DNA of 64,000 bases from Salisapilia sapeloensis CBS 127946 (taxonomy: Eukaryota > Protista > Oomycota), in assembly GCA_023334545.1 (NCBI GenBank), contig JAADVB010000057.1, positions 20,910-84,909 on the forward strand. Direction: 5' to 3'. Made by a program: the position numbers and the translations under genes. Positions 35,738 to 47,989 of the stretch are shown one piece after another (position 1 is the stretch's first letter; every line of letters starts with the position of its first letter). The notes under the pieces are model-generated. The model worked only from the letters and a program-made list of their open reading frames with translations. It was not told the origin of the DNA and ran no database searches.

Positions 35738-38700
35738 ATGGGGAACGCCGCGCCTCGAGCCCAGCCTCCTCAGCACGTGGACAGTGCGTCCCAGTACCGG
35801 ACATACCTGCTCGACTACTCTCCACGTGGATTAAATATGATGTTTCTGTCGCTTATCGGGGATGGAAAATTCCTCAAGTCGATTCAGTGCAGGTGTGAAG
35901 AGGGACAGCTCGTTGTCAAGATATATCGCAAGTTCGACCCGCAGGAATCCTTGTCGGGAGCAGAGACGCCGTTGCGCAAACTCCAGTTCGCATTCACGCT
36001 CGAGAAACAGCCTAACGTCCTACCATACGCAGACTACGCTTTGTCTGCAAAACACCACGTTGCGTTCCTCGTTCGACAGTACTTTACACACAACTTGTAT
36101 GACCGAGTATGCTCTCGGCCGTTTTTAACGACAGTCGAGAAGAAGTGGATTGCGTATCAACTCTTACGAGCGTTGGATCAAATCCATTCGAAGCGAATTT
36201 ATCATGGAGACATCAAGATGGAAAACGTCATGGTCACGAGCTGGAATTGGCTGTTTATTACCGACTTTGCGCCCTTTAAACCGACCTATATCCCAGAAGA
36301 CGATCCGGCAGACTACAATTACTATTTTTGCGCCATCGACGCCACTCGGCGAGGTTGCAGCGTCGCGCCAGAGCGCTTCTACGGCCGGTCCTCTGCCAGA
36401 GCTGCCATCGCCGCAGCCAATAACCCCACAGGCTCCACGAAAGGAGCAGACGCGATGATGCTCTCTCGCATGGCTGACTCGGAAGTAAGTGTAGAGGAGG
36501 TGGAGAAGCAGTTTCTAGCGCTCGGCATGGCCAATCCGAACGGCGTGCCTCCGACGCAGTCTGCTTCCAGTAACAAGAAGCCTGGAGATACGCATTTGAA
36601 TCCAGCCATGGACATATTCTCGGCCGGATGTGTCATCGCAGAGGTGTTTAACGGCGGCAAGCCTCTCTTCGACCTTCCGTCGCTCCTCAAGTACCGCACG
36701 GGAGACACTGATTCATTGAATTTTAACCTTCAGAAGATTGCTACTGGCGAAATGAAAGAGCTGCTGCTGCACATGCTCCAGTTGAATCCCAATGGACGCA
36801 TGTCTGCTTCAGAGTACTTGCAAAAGTACACTGGGAGCGAGCCAGACGCACTCTTCCCGTCCTACTTTGACTCCTTCCTCTTCCGATTCCTCATGCTCGT
36901 CCTGAGTCCTGGTGGAAAAGTACCGGATGCACGTGTGCGACTCATTTGCAAGTACTATGGTCGGATCGTAAAGGAAGTCGCGGGTGTAGAGGATAAAGAA
37001 GGTGTCGAGTTCTTCAAGCAGCGACTCAAGGAAGGGTACGGATCCGACCGACAGCTCAACCAGGAGCTCAACGCTGGCGAAGGAGACGACGTGCATGTCG
37101 CCCAGCGGGTTCTGGATGAAGTCCAGGACCATCCATCTCGACCGCAAAAGGACAAGAAACTTGCAGAGGAGAGTCCGTGGCCTCCGAACCACCCGATGGC
37201 GAAACTCCAGAAGCTTAAGGAGAAGGAGAGCGACATGAACGGAATCAGTGGAACGCTACAGAAGAAGAAGATTGAACAGCTTCACGATCAGTACAATAGC
37301 CTTACACAGCGGAAGAAGCAGTCGCTCATGCTCGACTACGATCGGGAGAACACGAGTTCGGAGTCTCCTGCACCTCCCCAGGCTCGAAAGGAAGAGAAAC
37401 GAACGAAGAAGCCGAGACACGAACCATCGAACGTGAATGCTTCTCGGAAAGACCGTCTACGAGCGTGGGATGAAGACCGGAATGGCATTGTCATCATTCT
37501 GTCGTTGCTCTGCTCTACGCTGCGTCACGTCCAAGTGCCGGAGATGAAACTCACAGCCTTGTACCTTGTCCAGTCTCTAGCGCAATTCACAAGCGACGAA
37601 GTCCGTCTCCAGCGCCTCGTTCCGTTCCTCGTGGAAATCTTGGACGACCCGAGCGCTCGAGTCCGATCGTTGTCCATTCGCACTCTCACGTTCGTCCTCT
37701 CGCTCATCGAAAGCTTTCCTCTCGCAGATGCGTCTGTCTTCCCCAAGTACATTCTACCCGCCCTCACGCCGTTTCCTTATGACCCGGATGAAATGGTCCG
37801 CATTACCTTTGCTGAAAGTATCGCTAAGATCGCCTCCACTAGCCGTCGATTCTTGGAGATTGCCCATGCGATGAAACAAAAGTATCTCGGTTCTTCCACG
37901 ACCATGACGAATGCCTCGACTCGATCTGGTGATCTTCCGCTCATGCTGACTATCGGATCGAACAACTTTGATGACGAGTTGAGTCTCTTGCATCAAAAAC
38001 TGGCGCGTTTCGTCATCCAGTTGTCTTCTCCTGACCAAAAGACCAGCTCTGCGTTAGTCAAAAGAGCTCTTTTGCTCGACATCACGCGCCTCTGCACGTT
38101 CTTCGGTCGAGAACGGACGCTGGATGTCGTCTTGCCGCAGCTCATTACGTTCCTAAATGACGCCGACTGGGAGCTACGGGGAGCCTTCTTTGACTACATC
38201 ACTGGCGTGTGCTCCTTTGTTGGCAGGAACACCGTCGAGCTATATGTCTTGCCCTGCATCGAGCAGGCGCTCTTCGACGCACAGGAGATTGTCGTGACAA
38301 AAGCCGTCGAGTGTCTCGCTGGACTCTGTCATCTAGGTCTCTTTGACCGAAGGGTACCGGCACTGACGGAGAAGGCGCGCATGGCTGCTCCCCTCCTGCT
38401 CCATCCGAGCTGGTGGGTCCGAGATGCTGTCATCAGACTGCTCGCAGACATTGCAGGTCGGCTCGGGAGAGTGGATGCCAACGTCTTCCTCGTGCCTGCA
38501 CTGCGTCCGTACATGCTGCATCAGATGGTCTTCCTCCTGGACGAAGACGAGGAGCAGGTTCGCATGCGGCTGAGCATGTGCTGTCGGCCATACTTGACCA
38601 GAGCGACCTTTGACAAGGCTCTGCAGCAAGGCGCCACCTCCACCATCGATGACCTGGAGCATGACAACCTGGACAATGTGGACGACGGGTCTCGTCGCAG

Positions 38701-41404
38701 TGACGGCACATCCTCTTCTGTTGCTAACGACAAGAAGATGTTTGGACACAGCAAAGCTCCGTCTTCCACTACGGTGCATGAACCTCCTGGCGGTCGAGAC
38801 GCAGAGAGCAGGAAGCATCAGGTGGCGGCGCTAAAACTCCTGTCGCAGTACGTTGACATGGCATCCGTCCACATGCAGACCAAGATGGAGCTAGCACAGG
38901 CCGAACGCTCTCAATCCCGTCGCACGGTGGACAAGAGCGCGACGGCGTCAGCCATCTCGGTTACGTCGCCTCGGGCAGGAAGTGGGCACAACTTGCTGTC
39001 TCGAAAAGTCACTCGCTCCCACCTGCATGTCCTGTACGTCCCCGACATGCGTTACGCGCTGTCTGTCGCGATGCCTCTAAAGAGCGTCAACCTCCAAGCA
39101 CCAACCGCCAGTGCCAGTAGTTCTAGTAGCAGCACTGTTCCTTCCAACGCTCTCGTGACTCGATCTGCCACTGCACACGGTCGGATGCAGCGGACATCCA
39201 GCGCTACTACGCTAGCAACAGTGCACTCTCAGAAGGAGATGACTGGTTCCTCCAACTCGACGACACTGGTGGAGCACCTGTCTCTTCCGCAGATCATCAA
39301 GGCGTATGGTCTCGTCGGACCCAACCTTCCTTTCTCGAGCACGATGCCATCCAAAAGCCAAGGCACGACGTCCGTTAGCTTCACGGGTACATCTGGCAAT
39401 GCAGAAGAAAGTGCTCACGACAACATGCACTTTGCACCTGCGAGTGGCGGCGTCATGGTCAGTATGCTTAACATGAACATTCGAGACGGATACGACGGAG
39501 ACATGCTGTCGCCATCGTCCTCCACGTCCTCTTCATCACGCAACCCTCGCCAGGCGAAGCGCGCGAACACTTCGTCCGAGCACTACTTCTCCTTTAAAGA
39601 GTTTGCGACTGATCCTGCTCTCCAGAACCCTCGAAAGCTCCTCGCGAGACTCACGGCACTTGGTATCCCTCCCTTGCCTCCTGACCTCGGGAGTCTGCGT
39701 CTACCGGACGGCAACGTCTTCTCCATCTACAGCCATCCGAGCAATCCTCACAACACCTTTGCTTCCCACAATCCGACAGGTCTCCAGGCCGATCGAGGAG
39801 GCCACTCGACGCCCACGGCTTCTCCGATTGCTGGCGGTCTCTTCTACGGAGGCCTCTACAGCAGCTTTGGAGGCGTCGTGCCATCTCCGAGCTCTACGTC
39901 ATCACAGAACGGAGAAGGGTTTACACAAGCCGCGACTTCGGGTGGAAACATGTCGTATTGGTCACGCAGTTGGCGACCTCGGAAGAACATCCTCGTGGCC
40001 GAACTGAGCGAGCATGAAGGTGCGGTCAACCGAGTAGATGCTTCCCAGGACTATAGCTTCCTCGCATCTGCGTCCAGTGACGGCACAGTCAAGCTGTGGT
40101 CTGTAAAGAGTTTGCAGCATAGTGTCAACCAAGGGTCTCGATGCACGTACGACGGCCAAGGAGGTGTGCTGACAGACATGAAAGTCCTGGATAACAGTCA
40201 CTCAGTGGCAGTCGCATCCTCCAATGGCTCCATCCACGTCTTCCGAGTCGATAAGGTGAATGCCGTCGGAGGAAACTTCCACGCGACTGGACTTAAGGAA
40301 CTACGCTCTGAGGCGAGTGCTGTCATGGCGCTTGATTACCTGAACAATGTCAGTGAAAGCCTCCTCATCTACGCCACCCGCTCTGGCGAACTACGTGCGT
40401 GGGACCTTCGTATGCGTCGACAAGCATGGTGTCTACACGTCTCACAGGAACTAGGCTACGTAACATCTATGACGCATTCCCTGGACGTCAGTTGGCTGGC
40501 TGCTGGTACCTCGAGAGGTTTCATTCTGCTTTGGGACTTAAGGTTCCTCGTGCTCATCAGGATCTGGAGACACTCGTCCCATCGATGTATCCACAGCATC
40601 CAGCCATGTCTCGGACTGCCGAATACGAAGCAGCTGGAAGAAACGTCCGTCCCACTCGTGTACGTCGCTGCGGGAGACAGTGAGGTGGCAGTGTTCGACC
40701 TGAGCATTGGCGCTTGCAGAGCTGTCTTCCGTACGCTCCACGTCCAGGCGACGGAAGCAGAGGCGACGAGGTGTCCTACACTGAGCCACGTGCCCATTCC
40801 GCATCGAACGAGGCATGTCATGCGTAGCTACTTGGGCATCTATGGCATCGCCAGTGCTTTCGACGAAATCTCGACGACACCATTAGGAGACGAACCGACG
40901 GTGCGGACGATGCTATGCCCATCGTTGCACTTGAAAGGACTGGCGGATGCTTTGATCACTGGTGGAGAAGACAAGCAGCTGCGTTTCTGGGACATTCACA
41001 ATGGCAAGAAGTCGTACACGGTGTGTGGAGACGCTCGGTCTCACTATGACGTCCAGTCGGCTCCGCATGATTGGTGGCGTATCAATTCCCAGCAGCCAGC
41101 ATCGCTGGACAAGTCGGACCAAGCGAGTGCGGCGATAAGTAAGCCTGAGATGACCTGGAGCAAGCTGAGTCCGCCGATCGTGACGACGTGTCAAGACTCT
41201 TCGTATTATTCGTCTCAGGCAGGACCTGGGTCGGTCGTAAATGCTGGCGGTGGCGTCGAGAACGCCGTGACGATGGAGAAGCAAGGCCTTGTGGCTCCGT
41301 CTCCGGCTCATAACGATTGCATTCTGGATTTAGCACTAGTTGACCTGCATGGACCGATGCTCGTGTCAAGTGGACGTGATGGACTGATCAAGGTGTGGAA
41401 GTAA
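35738..41404 (+). CDS. VPS15: PI3K regulatory subunit VPS15/PIK3R4 (kinase-like domain, HEAT repeats, WD40)
   Basis: Myristoylation-type MGN start. HGDIKMENVMVTSWNW, DFAPFKPTYIPEDDPADYNYYF, HEAT region DEVRLQRLVP and C-terminal WD40 repeats. Confidence 0.96.
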   Translation: MGNAAPRAQPPQHVDSASQYRTYLLDYSPRGLNMMFLSLIGDGKFLKSIQCRCEEGQLVVKIYRKFDPQESLSGAETPLRKLQFAFTLEKQPNVLPYADYALSAKHHVAFLVRQYFTHNLYDRVCSRPFLTTVEKKWIAYQLLRALDQIHSKRIYHGDIKMENVMVTSWNWLFITDFAPFKPTYIPEDDPADYNYYFCAIDATRRGCSVAPERFYGRSSARAAIAAANNPTGSTKGADAMMLSRMADSEVSVEEVEKQFLALGMANPNGVPPTQSASSNKKPGDTHLNPAMDIFSAGCVIAEVFNGGKPLFDLPSLLKYRTGDTDSLNFNLQKIATGEMKELLLHMLQLNPNGRMSASEYLQKYTGSEPDALFPSYFDSFLFRFLMLVLSPGGKVPDARVRLICKYYGRIVKEVAGVEDKEGVEFFKQRLKEGYGSDRQLNQELNAGEGDDVHVAQRVLDEVQDHPSRPQKDKKLAEESPWPPNHPMAKLQKLKEKESDMNGISGTLQKKKIEQLHDQYNSLTQRKKQSLMLDYDRENTSSESPAPPQARKEEKRTKKPRHEPSNVNASRKDRLRAWDEDRNGIVIILSLLCSTLRHVQVPEMKLTALYLVQSLAQFTSDEVRLQRLVPFLVEILDDPSARVRSLSIRTLTFVLSLIESFPLADASVFPKYILPALTPFPYDPDEMVRITFAESIAKIASTSRRFLEIAHAMKQKYLGSSTTMTNASTRSGDLPLMLTIGSNNFDDELSLLHQKLARFVIQLSSPDQKTSSALVKRALLLDITRLCTFFGRERTLDVVLPQLITFLNDADWELRGAFFDYITGVCSFVGRNTVELYVLPCIEQALFDAQEIVVTKAVECLAGLCHLGLFDRRVPALTEKARMAAPLLLHPSWWVRDAVIRLLADIAGRLGRVDANVFLVPALRPYMLHQMVFLLDEDEEQVRMRLSMCCRPYLTRATFDKALQQGATSTIDDLEHDNLDNVDDGSRRSDGTSSSVANDKKMFGHSKAPSSTTVHEPPGGRDAESRKHQVAALKLLSQYVDMASVHMQTKMELAQAERSQSRRTVDKSATASAISVTSPRAGSGHNLLSRKVTRSHLHVLYVPDMRYALSVAMPLKSVNLQAPTASASSSSSSTVPSNALVTRSATAHGRMQRTSSATTLATVHSQKEMTGSSNSTTLVEHLSLPQIIKAYGLVGPNLPFSSTMPSKSQGTTSVSFTGTSGNAEESAHDNMHFAPASGGVMVSMLNMNIRDGYDGDMLSPSSSTSSSSRNPRQAKRANTSSEHYFSFKEFATDPALQNPRKLLARLTALGIPPLPPDLGSLRLPDGNVFSIYSHPSNPHNTFASHNPTGLQADRGGHSTPTASPIAGGLFYGGLYSSFGGVVPSPSSTSSQNGEGFTQAATSGGNMSYWSRSWRPRKNILVAELSEHEGAVNRVDASQDYSFLASASSDGTVKLWSVKSLQHSVNQGSRCTYDGQGGVLTDMKVLDNSHSVAVASSNGSIHVFRVDKVNAVGGNFHATGLKELRSEASAVMALDYLNNVSESLLIYATRSGELRAWDLRMRRQAWCLHVSQELGYVTSMTHSLDVSWLAAGTSRGFILLWDLRFLVLIRIWRHSSHRCIHSIQPCLGLPNTKQLEETSVPLVYVAAGDSEVAVFDLSIGACRAVFRTLHVQATEAEATRCPTLSHVPIPHRTRHVMRSYLGIYGIASAFDEISTTPLGDEPTVRTMLCPSLHLKGLADALITGGEDKQLRFWDIHNGKKSYTVCGDARSHYDVQSAPHDWWRINSQQPASLDKSDQASAAISKPEMTWSKLSPPIVTTCQDSSYYSSQAGPGSVVNAGGGVENAVTMEKQGLVAPSPAHNDCILDLALVDLHGPMLVSSGRDGLIKVWK

Positions 41405-41529
41405 GACGATAAAAGAGAAATGCACTTTGAAATTCTTTACTTAGACTCTGGCCGACAGATGGTTATCGTGGCAATGAGTAGAGATTCATTTACACCACAG
41501 ACAAGAAAAGAGGGACCGTCGGAACGAGC

Positions 41530-41766
41530 ATGGCAACCCAACTTCGGTCCAAGGAGGAGATCATGGCGATCCGCGCCGCTGAGCAAGAGTACATGGAGCG
41601 CACGCTCGTCGCGGAGGAGACCGTGAAGATGGTGCGCGAAGAGCTCGCCAACTGCTACATCGAGCACGGTGTCAACCATAAGATCAAATGCAAGCCTCTT
41701 CGGGAGCAGTACGCGAAACTCATTCAGGACCCCACAAACGGCGCTGGCCCACCCGTACGTATCTAG
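41530..41766 (+). CDS. Complex I accessory subunit NDUFB10/PDSW-like
   Basis: 78 aa with VREELANCYIEHGVNHKIKC...QY, matching the NDUFB10 CxxxxGVNHxxxC pattern. Confidence 0.7.
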   Translation: MATQLRSKEEIMAIRAAEQEYMERTLVAEETVKMVREELANCYIEHGVNHKIKCKPLREQYAKLIQDPTNGAGPPVRI

Positions 41767-42027
41767 TACACGCAACAGGCTCTTATGCTCCACTTATACT
41801 TGCATGTGTATTTAGAAACGACCTGCGATTTAAAGTTATCGAGCATCCGCTTGGAAGGCTGACCGTGGTCTTTGGATACCGAAAAGCTTTTACAGAAAGC
41901 ACATGCAGAAATAAAAAGGAGGATGTTTGAGAAGAAAGTAGATGAGTCCTCTGTCTCCATTCAATTGTACGCAGCAAAAGGATGCTAGTCGTAGCGCTTG
42001 CACGCGCACTGTCTACTGCATGTCTTC

Positions 42028-43647
42028 CTATTCGGTGCTTAGGCGGCGACGTTTCGATCTTGCTTCTTCAATAAGTGCAAGAGCTTCCTTTAATCCCCTT
42101 GTGTGACGGTCGGCTTGGGATGCGTTCCTTCTAGCACCATGAGATGCTTCCTCCACTTCGCTGCCTTGACTTTGGCTTATAATAGCTGGTCCATCGATCT
42201 GTCCTGGAAGGCTTGGAGAAAGGAGAGAATGCGTTCGGTTCGAGGAAACATGATCGTTATCAACATCGACTGTGTGTAGAGCGTCCTGAGCAATTTCTGT
42301 TAAGCTTCGTGCCATTTCTGGCGGTGGGACAGTTTCCCTTTCATGGCGGTCTCGCTGTTCTAAAACCAATTGCCTCGTGTCGTACGCCGATGCGCGTGCA
42401 AGATAGTCGAAAGTGTCAAATCTAGCTTGCAGTTTCCCAAGCTCTTCGCGAAGTTTAGATGACTCGGAGGCGATCTCACTCGCCATGTTCCGGTATTCTT
42501 GTCTTACGTCGTCAACCTGCACAGCACAAAGTCACAGTCATCATCATCAGTAGCATACGGTCATAGCAAGTACTTGTGCTTGTAGCTCTCGAATGTCTTT
42601 TGAAAATCTAGTCATTCGAGCGGAAAATTGGCCCTTCATAGCTCTTTGTTCCTTTCGCAACCCGTCCTTTAGGTCACTTAGAGACTCATGCAGTGCTTGA
42701 AACTCATTTTTAAAGTCGACATTTCCACTAGAATTTGTTGTGGTTTCACAGGCTTCGGGCATTGAGGTCTGTAAAGACGAAGATGCTCCTTCTTTATCTA
42801 GGACTGGACATTCGACTGGGAGCTCTTGTGCTCGCGAGGTGTCCACATCATTAGTCGATGCTTCACTCGGTTGAGGTAGGTTGTCCTCGTAGGTAACCTC
42901 AGCATCATCTAATCTCGGTTGTGTGGCAGGAATAGAAACCGTTTGACTTGGCTGATGGAACCTTTGAGAGTAAAAGCTAGCTTTCTGTTCATCCCGTGAG
43001 GCATACTTAGCTCTGCCACCAATACGCTTTCCCTGACTTTGAAGCTGACTCTGGCTTCGCTAAAGAATAGATGTGGCAATCGGGATGGTGAATTAAGCAT
43101 GAAAACGATTAAGCGTGCAGACTCGTACCTGAAATGCATCCTCTTGACTGGACTGATAGACGTACTGCGACTGTGAAAGTTGAGAAACAGAAGACTGCGA
43201 TAAAGTGGTGTTGCAGCTAAAGTCTTGGGCTGCACAAATAGTATAGAGGTTTAAAGTCTCAAGATAAACGTAAATAGGCATCGACACATCCTTACAATCC
43301 ATCCACTGGCTTCCGGACCCAAATTCTTGTGGAGAAGGTCTTGTGTTGGTGCAATATCCCTCGGCGAACGGTCGGTTTCCACTAGACTGCAGCATGTGTT
43401 GACTTTCATATCCGACCAACGTTGGCGGTCGCTTGGTCACAATAGCTGCTGGAGTATGTTGGACATTTCTCCGCTGCAGGCCGCTGTATTGGATGCAAAA
43501 GTGATCAAAAGATGCAGAGAAGACAAGTCTGTATCGTGAGAAAGAGCGCCAAGACGATTTCTACTAGGATTCTGCCAATGCAACGTACGGACGGCGACGA
43601 TTGCGAAGTAGTTGAGATAGAGAGACAACTTCTCTCGGCACAGACAT
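42028..43647 (-). CDS. Five-exon S/T-Q-cluster + coiled-coil protein (about 460 aa)
   Basis: Frame-consistent model with introns 43529-43588, 43230-43295, 43060-43128 and 42517-42558. SQ-rich N-terminal half, central heptads and basic C-terminus (RSKRRRL). Confidence 0.6.
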
Positions 43648-44825
43648 GCTCGGTGTATGACTAGTATCTTCTTGTATAGGTGAAAAGTTGCGGAATGAAG
43701 AGGTTGAAGGTTGAAGTTTCCATTCAAAGACTTTTGATACGACGCGAAGAAGATCTTCGCGGGAAAATGGATTTGAAAACTTTAGATTATACTCTCTTTA
43801 TAGCCCAGCAAATCGAATGCGCCATCTAATTAATGCGCAGGTTTTGCTTGTCGTATTCTGATGCATGCTTTTGCACTTACCCAGCTACATTTTCACGCTC
43901 ACATGCACAAGTTCGATTTTTTGCCTTTGCTTTTCTGGGCGCCCAGGTACATGCGAAATAGCAATACTTTTGCTCTCGATCCAGTACTCCGAGTTGACTG
44001 CGGAGTTCGGGCTTATACTACGGCACTTTACACCCCTAATTGATACAGGGATGAAGACTCCTCTTCAATCGATTGCTCTGCGTATGTAGATACTCTAGGT
44101 TTCACGTTGCAGGCAGACAGATAACACGACATTGAGTTGGGCGATTCGCATGAAACATATTATAGAGCTAACTGTATAACGGAGCGCCTAGTATGGTTCG
44201 ACAGGTCTTCAGCTATCATACGAGTCGACAACAATGCTCAAAATCATGAAATGGTGTATTGACAAGTACTCGAAGCGATACAGAGCGACAAAAGGCAAAC
44301 TAAAGCGTGATTGCGATGATAAGCAGTCGATTATGTATTTAAATAAAGTCAAATGTAGTATTCACGTAGCTACTCCACAAAATTTTGGTTGTTCGCATCA
44401 GCTTGCAGTTAAAAAGTATAGTTCGTTATTCGTCATAGTGTTCCTCAGGGGATTGACAGATATTAAACAATGTGTCATCCTTTGCAAATCCAACCAAGCT
44501 ACTATAGACTACTTTCGATAAAAGGAGGATGTCAGATCTTATGAGTTCTCGTGATTTCACCATCGCTAAACGCTCAGACGACCGTCGTGAGATGTACGAG
44601 TAAGCTCATCATTATCCTCCAATCTACGTATCGGCCAGCAAAATCAAGAATGAAGCAATTGGTGTCCACATCCGAGCAAGTCGCTTTGCGCCAGTCAATG
44701 TCGCACTAAATCTACGTATCTCGCGTGTCGGACGCTGCTTAGTGCAAGTGACCGATGCTCTATGTCTTAACAGACATCCGACGCTTCGAGGTACGCGACG
44801 AACGGAGCGAGTCGGGAGTCGAACA

Positions 44826-47337
44826 ATGCCTGCTTCTGGTGCAGTGGACAATACGTACTGGCGAGAACGTTCAAACCAGCCTGCATCACATCCTCATCGA
44901 AAGAAACCATTTTCACAATCGTACGAATCGTCTTTGGAAGAGACGACTGTCGGCACGAACGGTAGGAAGCTTTTCAAATACTTGAATTGGCACCTAACTT
45001 TTCATGTAGCTACTTGACATTGGTGAAATATCTCTCTGACTGGGTATTGTGACTGTAGTATCATCCTTTGACGAGCTCTTGGCACGAGAGTTGCGGAAAG
45101 ACTCTCCTCCACCTACTTCGACTTCGCATTCCAAACCGACTAGCACGTCCAAGGCCCAGCCGAAAAAGTTTCTCAAGAAAGGATCTCGCGGGTGGTGGAT
45201 GAAGGCTCCAGGTGCATCGAAACGCATGCCAAAGCACACTTTAACGTCGAAAGATGACCAAGACGATGAAAACCAAACTCAATCTCCTAGTTCCTTGTCC
45301 AGAAACTACCAAAAGCAGTCTTCGCCACCGGATTCACCTCAAAATCAGTATGAAGTGGATGATTGGGTGCAGGCGGATGGGTATGACATGGCATTAGAAC
45401 CGATTGAAGAATCGTTTGAAGCTGAACGAGCGAGAAAAGCTGCTGAAATAGCTGAATTTGAACAGATCGAGGCGCAATTAGCATCCGAGCGTCATTCGTT
45501 CTACCAAAGCCAAACTTCGCATGAAGATGAGGAATGGAAAGAGTCAGACGGATATCCGAAGAAAGCGTGGGAGGAAAACCAGACGTATTTAGACGAAAAT
45601 TATCCTGGAGACTCGAGCTACGACCCGTTCCAGCTCCAACAATCTCTTTCTTTCCTACAGTCTGCATTCTCCGCGTCGTCTGCTGAAGAAAAGGATGAAT
45701 TAGCATCCAAATCGTCTTTTTTGTCTGCTTCGAATGGTATGTTCGAATCCAAGCGACAAGCTCCGTCAGAGCTGAGTGTATACAGCGTGGATGAAGATGC
45801 ATCATGGTCTGATCCGGTCGTCAATGAATCATCCAACTTTTACGACACACAGATGGAGGAGTCACAAGTAAGTGAGACGGAAGCACCAGTCTCGAATCTC
45901 GTGTCCACTATCTTCCAGCATGAACACGAGCCACAGGAAGACAATATAGAAGTGCAGTCACCAGCCTCTTCCAAGAAGCGCCCGCTGTCCCACACGTCTG
46001 CCACAAAGACTCCACCTTCCAAGACAAAGTCAAGCCCGAGTGTTCAAAAGAGTCAAGAAAGACTTGCTTTGCCACCGTCCAACCAGGAGGAAGACACGAT
46101 TCTCCCAACTGTCATTGAAGAAAAGCTAATGGAGCTAGAGGAAGAAGTCAAGTTCTACCGATCGGCTACATTGCAATTGCAAAAGCAGAAGCAAGCGTAT
46201 GAGCAAGAACGGAAGAAGCTAGTACAAGAGAAGAAGGACTTTGAAAGTTGGAAACAGACGCAGATGCAAGTGGTGGAGAAAGAAAAGGAAAAGAAGGAGG
46301 CGCAGATGAAAAATGAGATGCGACGGCTGGATCGTATTGCCAAGCTAAAGACGAAAGGAGCGGAAGGACGGAGCACCGAGTTGGAAGCACTCAAGGCACA
46401 GCTGGTTAGTAAAGACGCAGAGCAGGCGGAGATCAAACGCAAGAGCAAAGCTTCTCTTGATGCACTTCGGAAGCGTATTTCAGTATGTTCTATTTACACT
46501 CATGACCATAGTCTTTCGTCTAACGTGTACTGAATGTAGGATCTGGAGAGTCGGAATCAAGAACTGCAGGATGAAGTGAATTACTTGGAGCAAGATCGAC
46601 TGGAACGGTGGAAAGCGTCGGCAGATGAGTCCAACAGTCGACATCCGAAGCCCAAGGACTCCGACACCGATACCTTTGATCTGTCTGGTATCCGTGCAAG
46701 CGCAGAAGAACTTCTAAAACTCTCCAACGCTAGTCAACAGCAGAACGATCCAAGCTACGACCCACTTCGGTACCAGAACAAGTCTCACGTCGAGTCACAG
46801 GAAGTGACGGAAGAAGTGGAGAGAAAGGATGGTCGGAAAGAAACGTTCTATGCAGATGGAAGTCGGCAAGTGACGTTTCCTGATGGCAATGTGAAGCACG
46901 TGGATGCCGATGGCAGTGTCACGATCACGTTTGCCAACGGTGATGAGAAGAGAGAAGACCCGAAGGCTGGGACGAGCGTCTACTGGTATAGTGAAGCGCA
47001 GACCAAAGTCACAACGCATGCCGATGGATCCAAGTTGTACGAGTTTGGATCGGGACAGAAAGAGCAAGTGGATGCGGACGGGAAGACGCAGATTTGGTTC
47101 CCGGACGGAGTGCACAAGACGATTGAGAAGGATGGAGTGGAGGTCGCGAGACTACCGGACGGTATGGTGCTGAAGGAGTTCCCGAGCGGGTATCGAGAGG
47201 TGCTGCTTCCTGGTGGAAAGCATAGAATCAAATATGCGACGGACGGAGGTACGAGGCTTGTGAACGAAGAGAAGGGAGAAGAGGTTGTCGTACGGTCGGA
47301 AACACACCTTAAGGCTCTGCTCGCTGCCGGAGCATAA
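44826..47337 (+). CDS. CENPJ: Centriolar protein SAS-4/CPAP (CENPJ; TCP10 C-terminal domain)
   Basis: PN2-3-like EETTVGTN|VSSFDELLAREL and KKFLKKG motifs, coiled coil, and C-terminal glycine-repeat G-box (DGRKETFYADGS...FPDG). Introns 44962-45058 and 46483-46539. Confidence 0.85.
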
Positions 47338-47558
47338 CATCAAATCGATCAAACTTAACTATTACATCATCGTGTCAACGTTTGGTCTACTCGTTGCAGT
47401 CTATGTCGGTCGTGTGATGCTACGCTCGTCTTGTACACACGCAACGACAAAAAGCTTGATGTACAAATTTAGCAGAAAGCAATTGCAAGCAAAGAAGCAA
47501 CGATATAAACAGGCATCACAACTTTATATCGAGATATCACCAAATCCTTGTTGATGAC

Positions 47559-47989
47559 TCACTCAGGCGTTGGTTCCGATGCCATCGTGTGAGACCGAAT
47601 GATTTCAGCTGATTGCATCAAGTACATGTCTCCTTCCTCTGTCCGACGTTTCCATCTCATAAGTTGACCCAGCTGCACCAGTATCTGTGCTTCTTGTTTC
47701 CAGTCTTGCTGCGATTGTGCCAGCTCGAGTTTCTTAAGAAGCCTGTCTTTCTCGACAATCGTATCTACCGGTTTAATTTCATTGCCCATATACTGTGCAG
47801 TTAAACACGGTCATAAGATTGGCTAAAACGAATAATAGAGTAAGACAAAAACACATACTCGAGTCCGCTCCGTGATGTACACATATCGCCCCTAGCATAC
47901 ACCTCATCAAGATACGCAACTTTTCACAGTACACATTGAAGTACCTTGCGCTTTCCTTTTTTCCGAGGTTTTTCTTCTGCCTCGTCCAT
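47559..47989 (-). CDS. Small three-exon hypothetical protein (about 102 aa, TPR-like helices)
   Basis: Exons 47945-47989, 47859-47891 and 47559-47792 splice in phase 0 to give MDEAEEKPRKKGKRK|GRYVYITERTR|YMGNEIKP... Confidence 0.6.

Noticed and set aside
44529-44985. Alternative small spliced ORF overlapping SAS-4 exon 1 in another frame
   Set aside because: It needs a 39-nt intron, has no recognisable motifs and conflicts with the better-supported SAS-4 frame.
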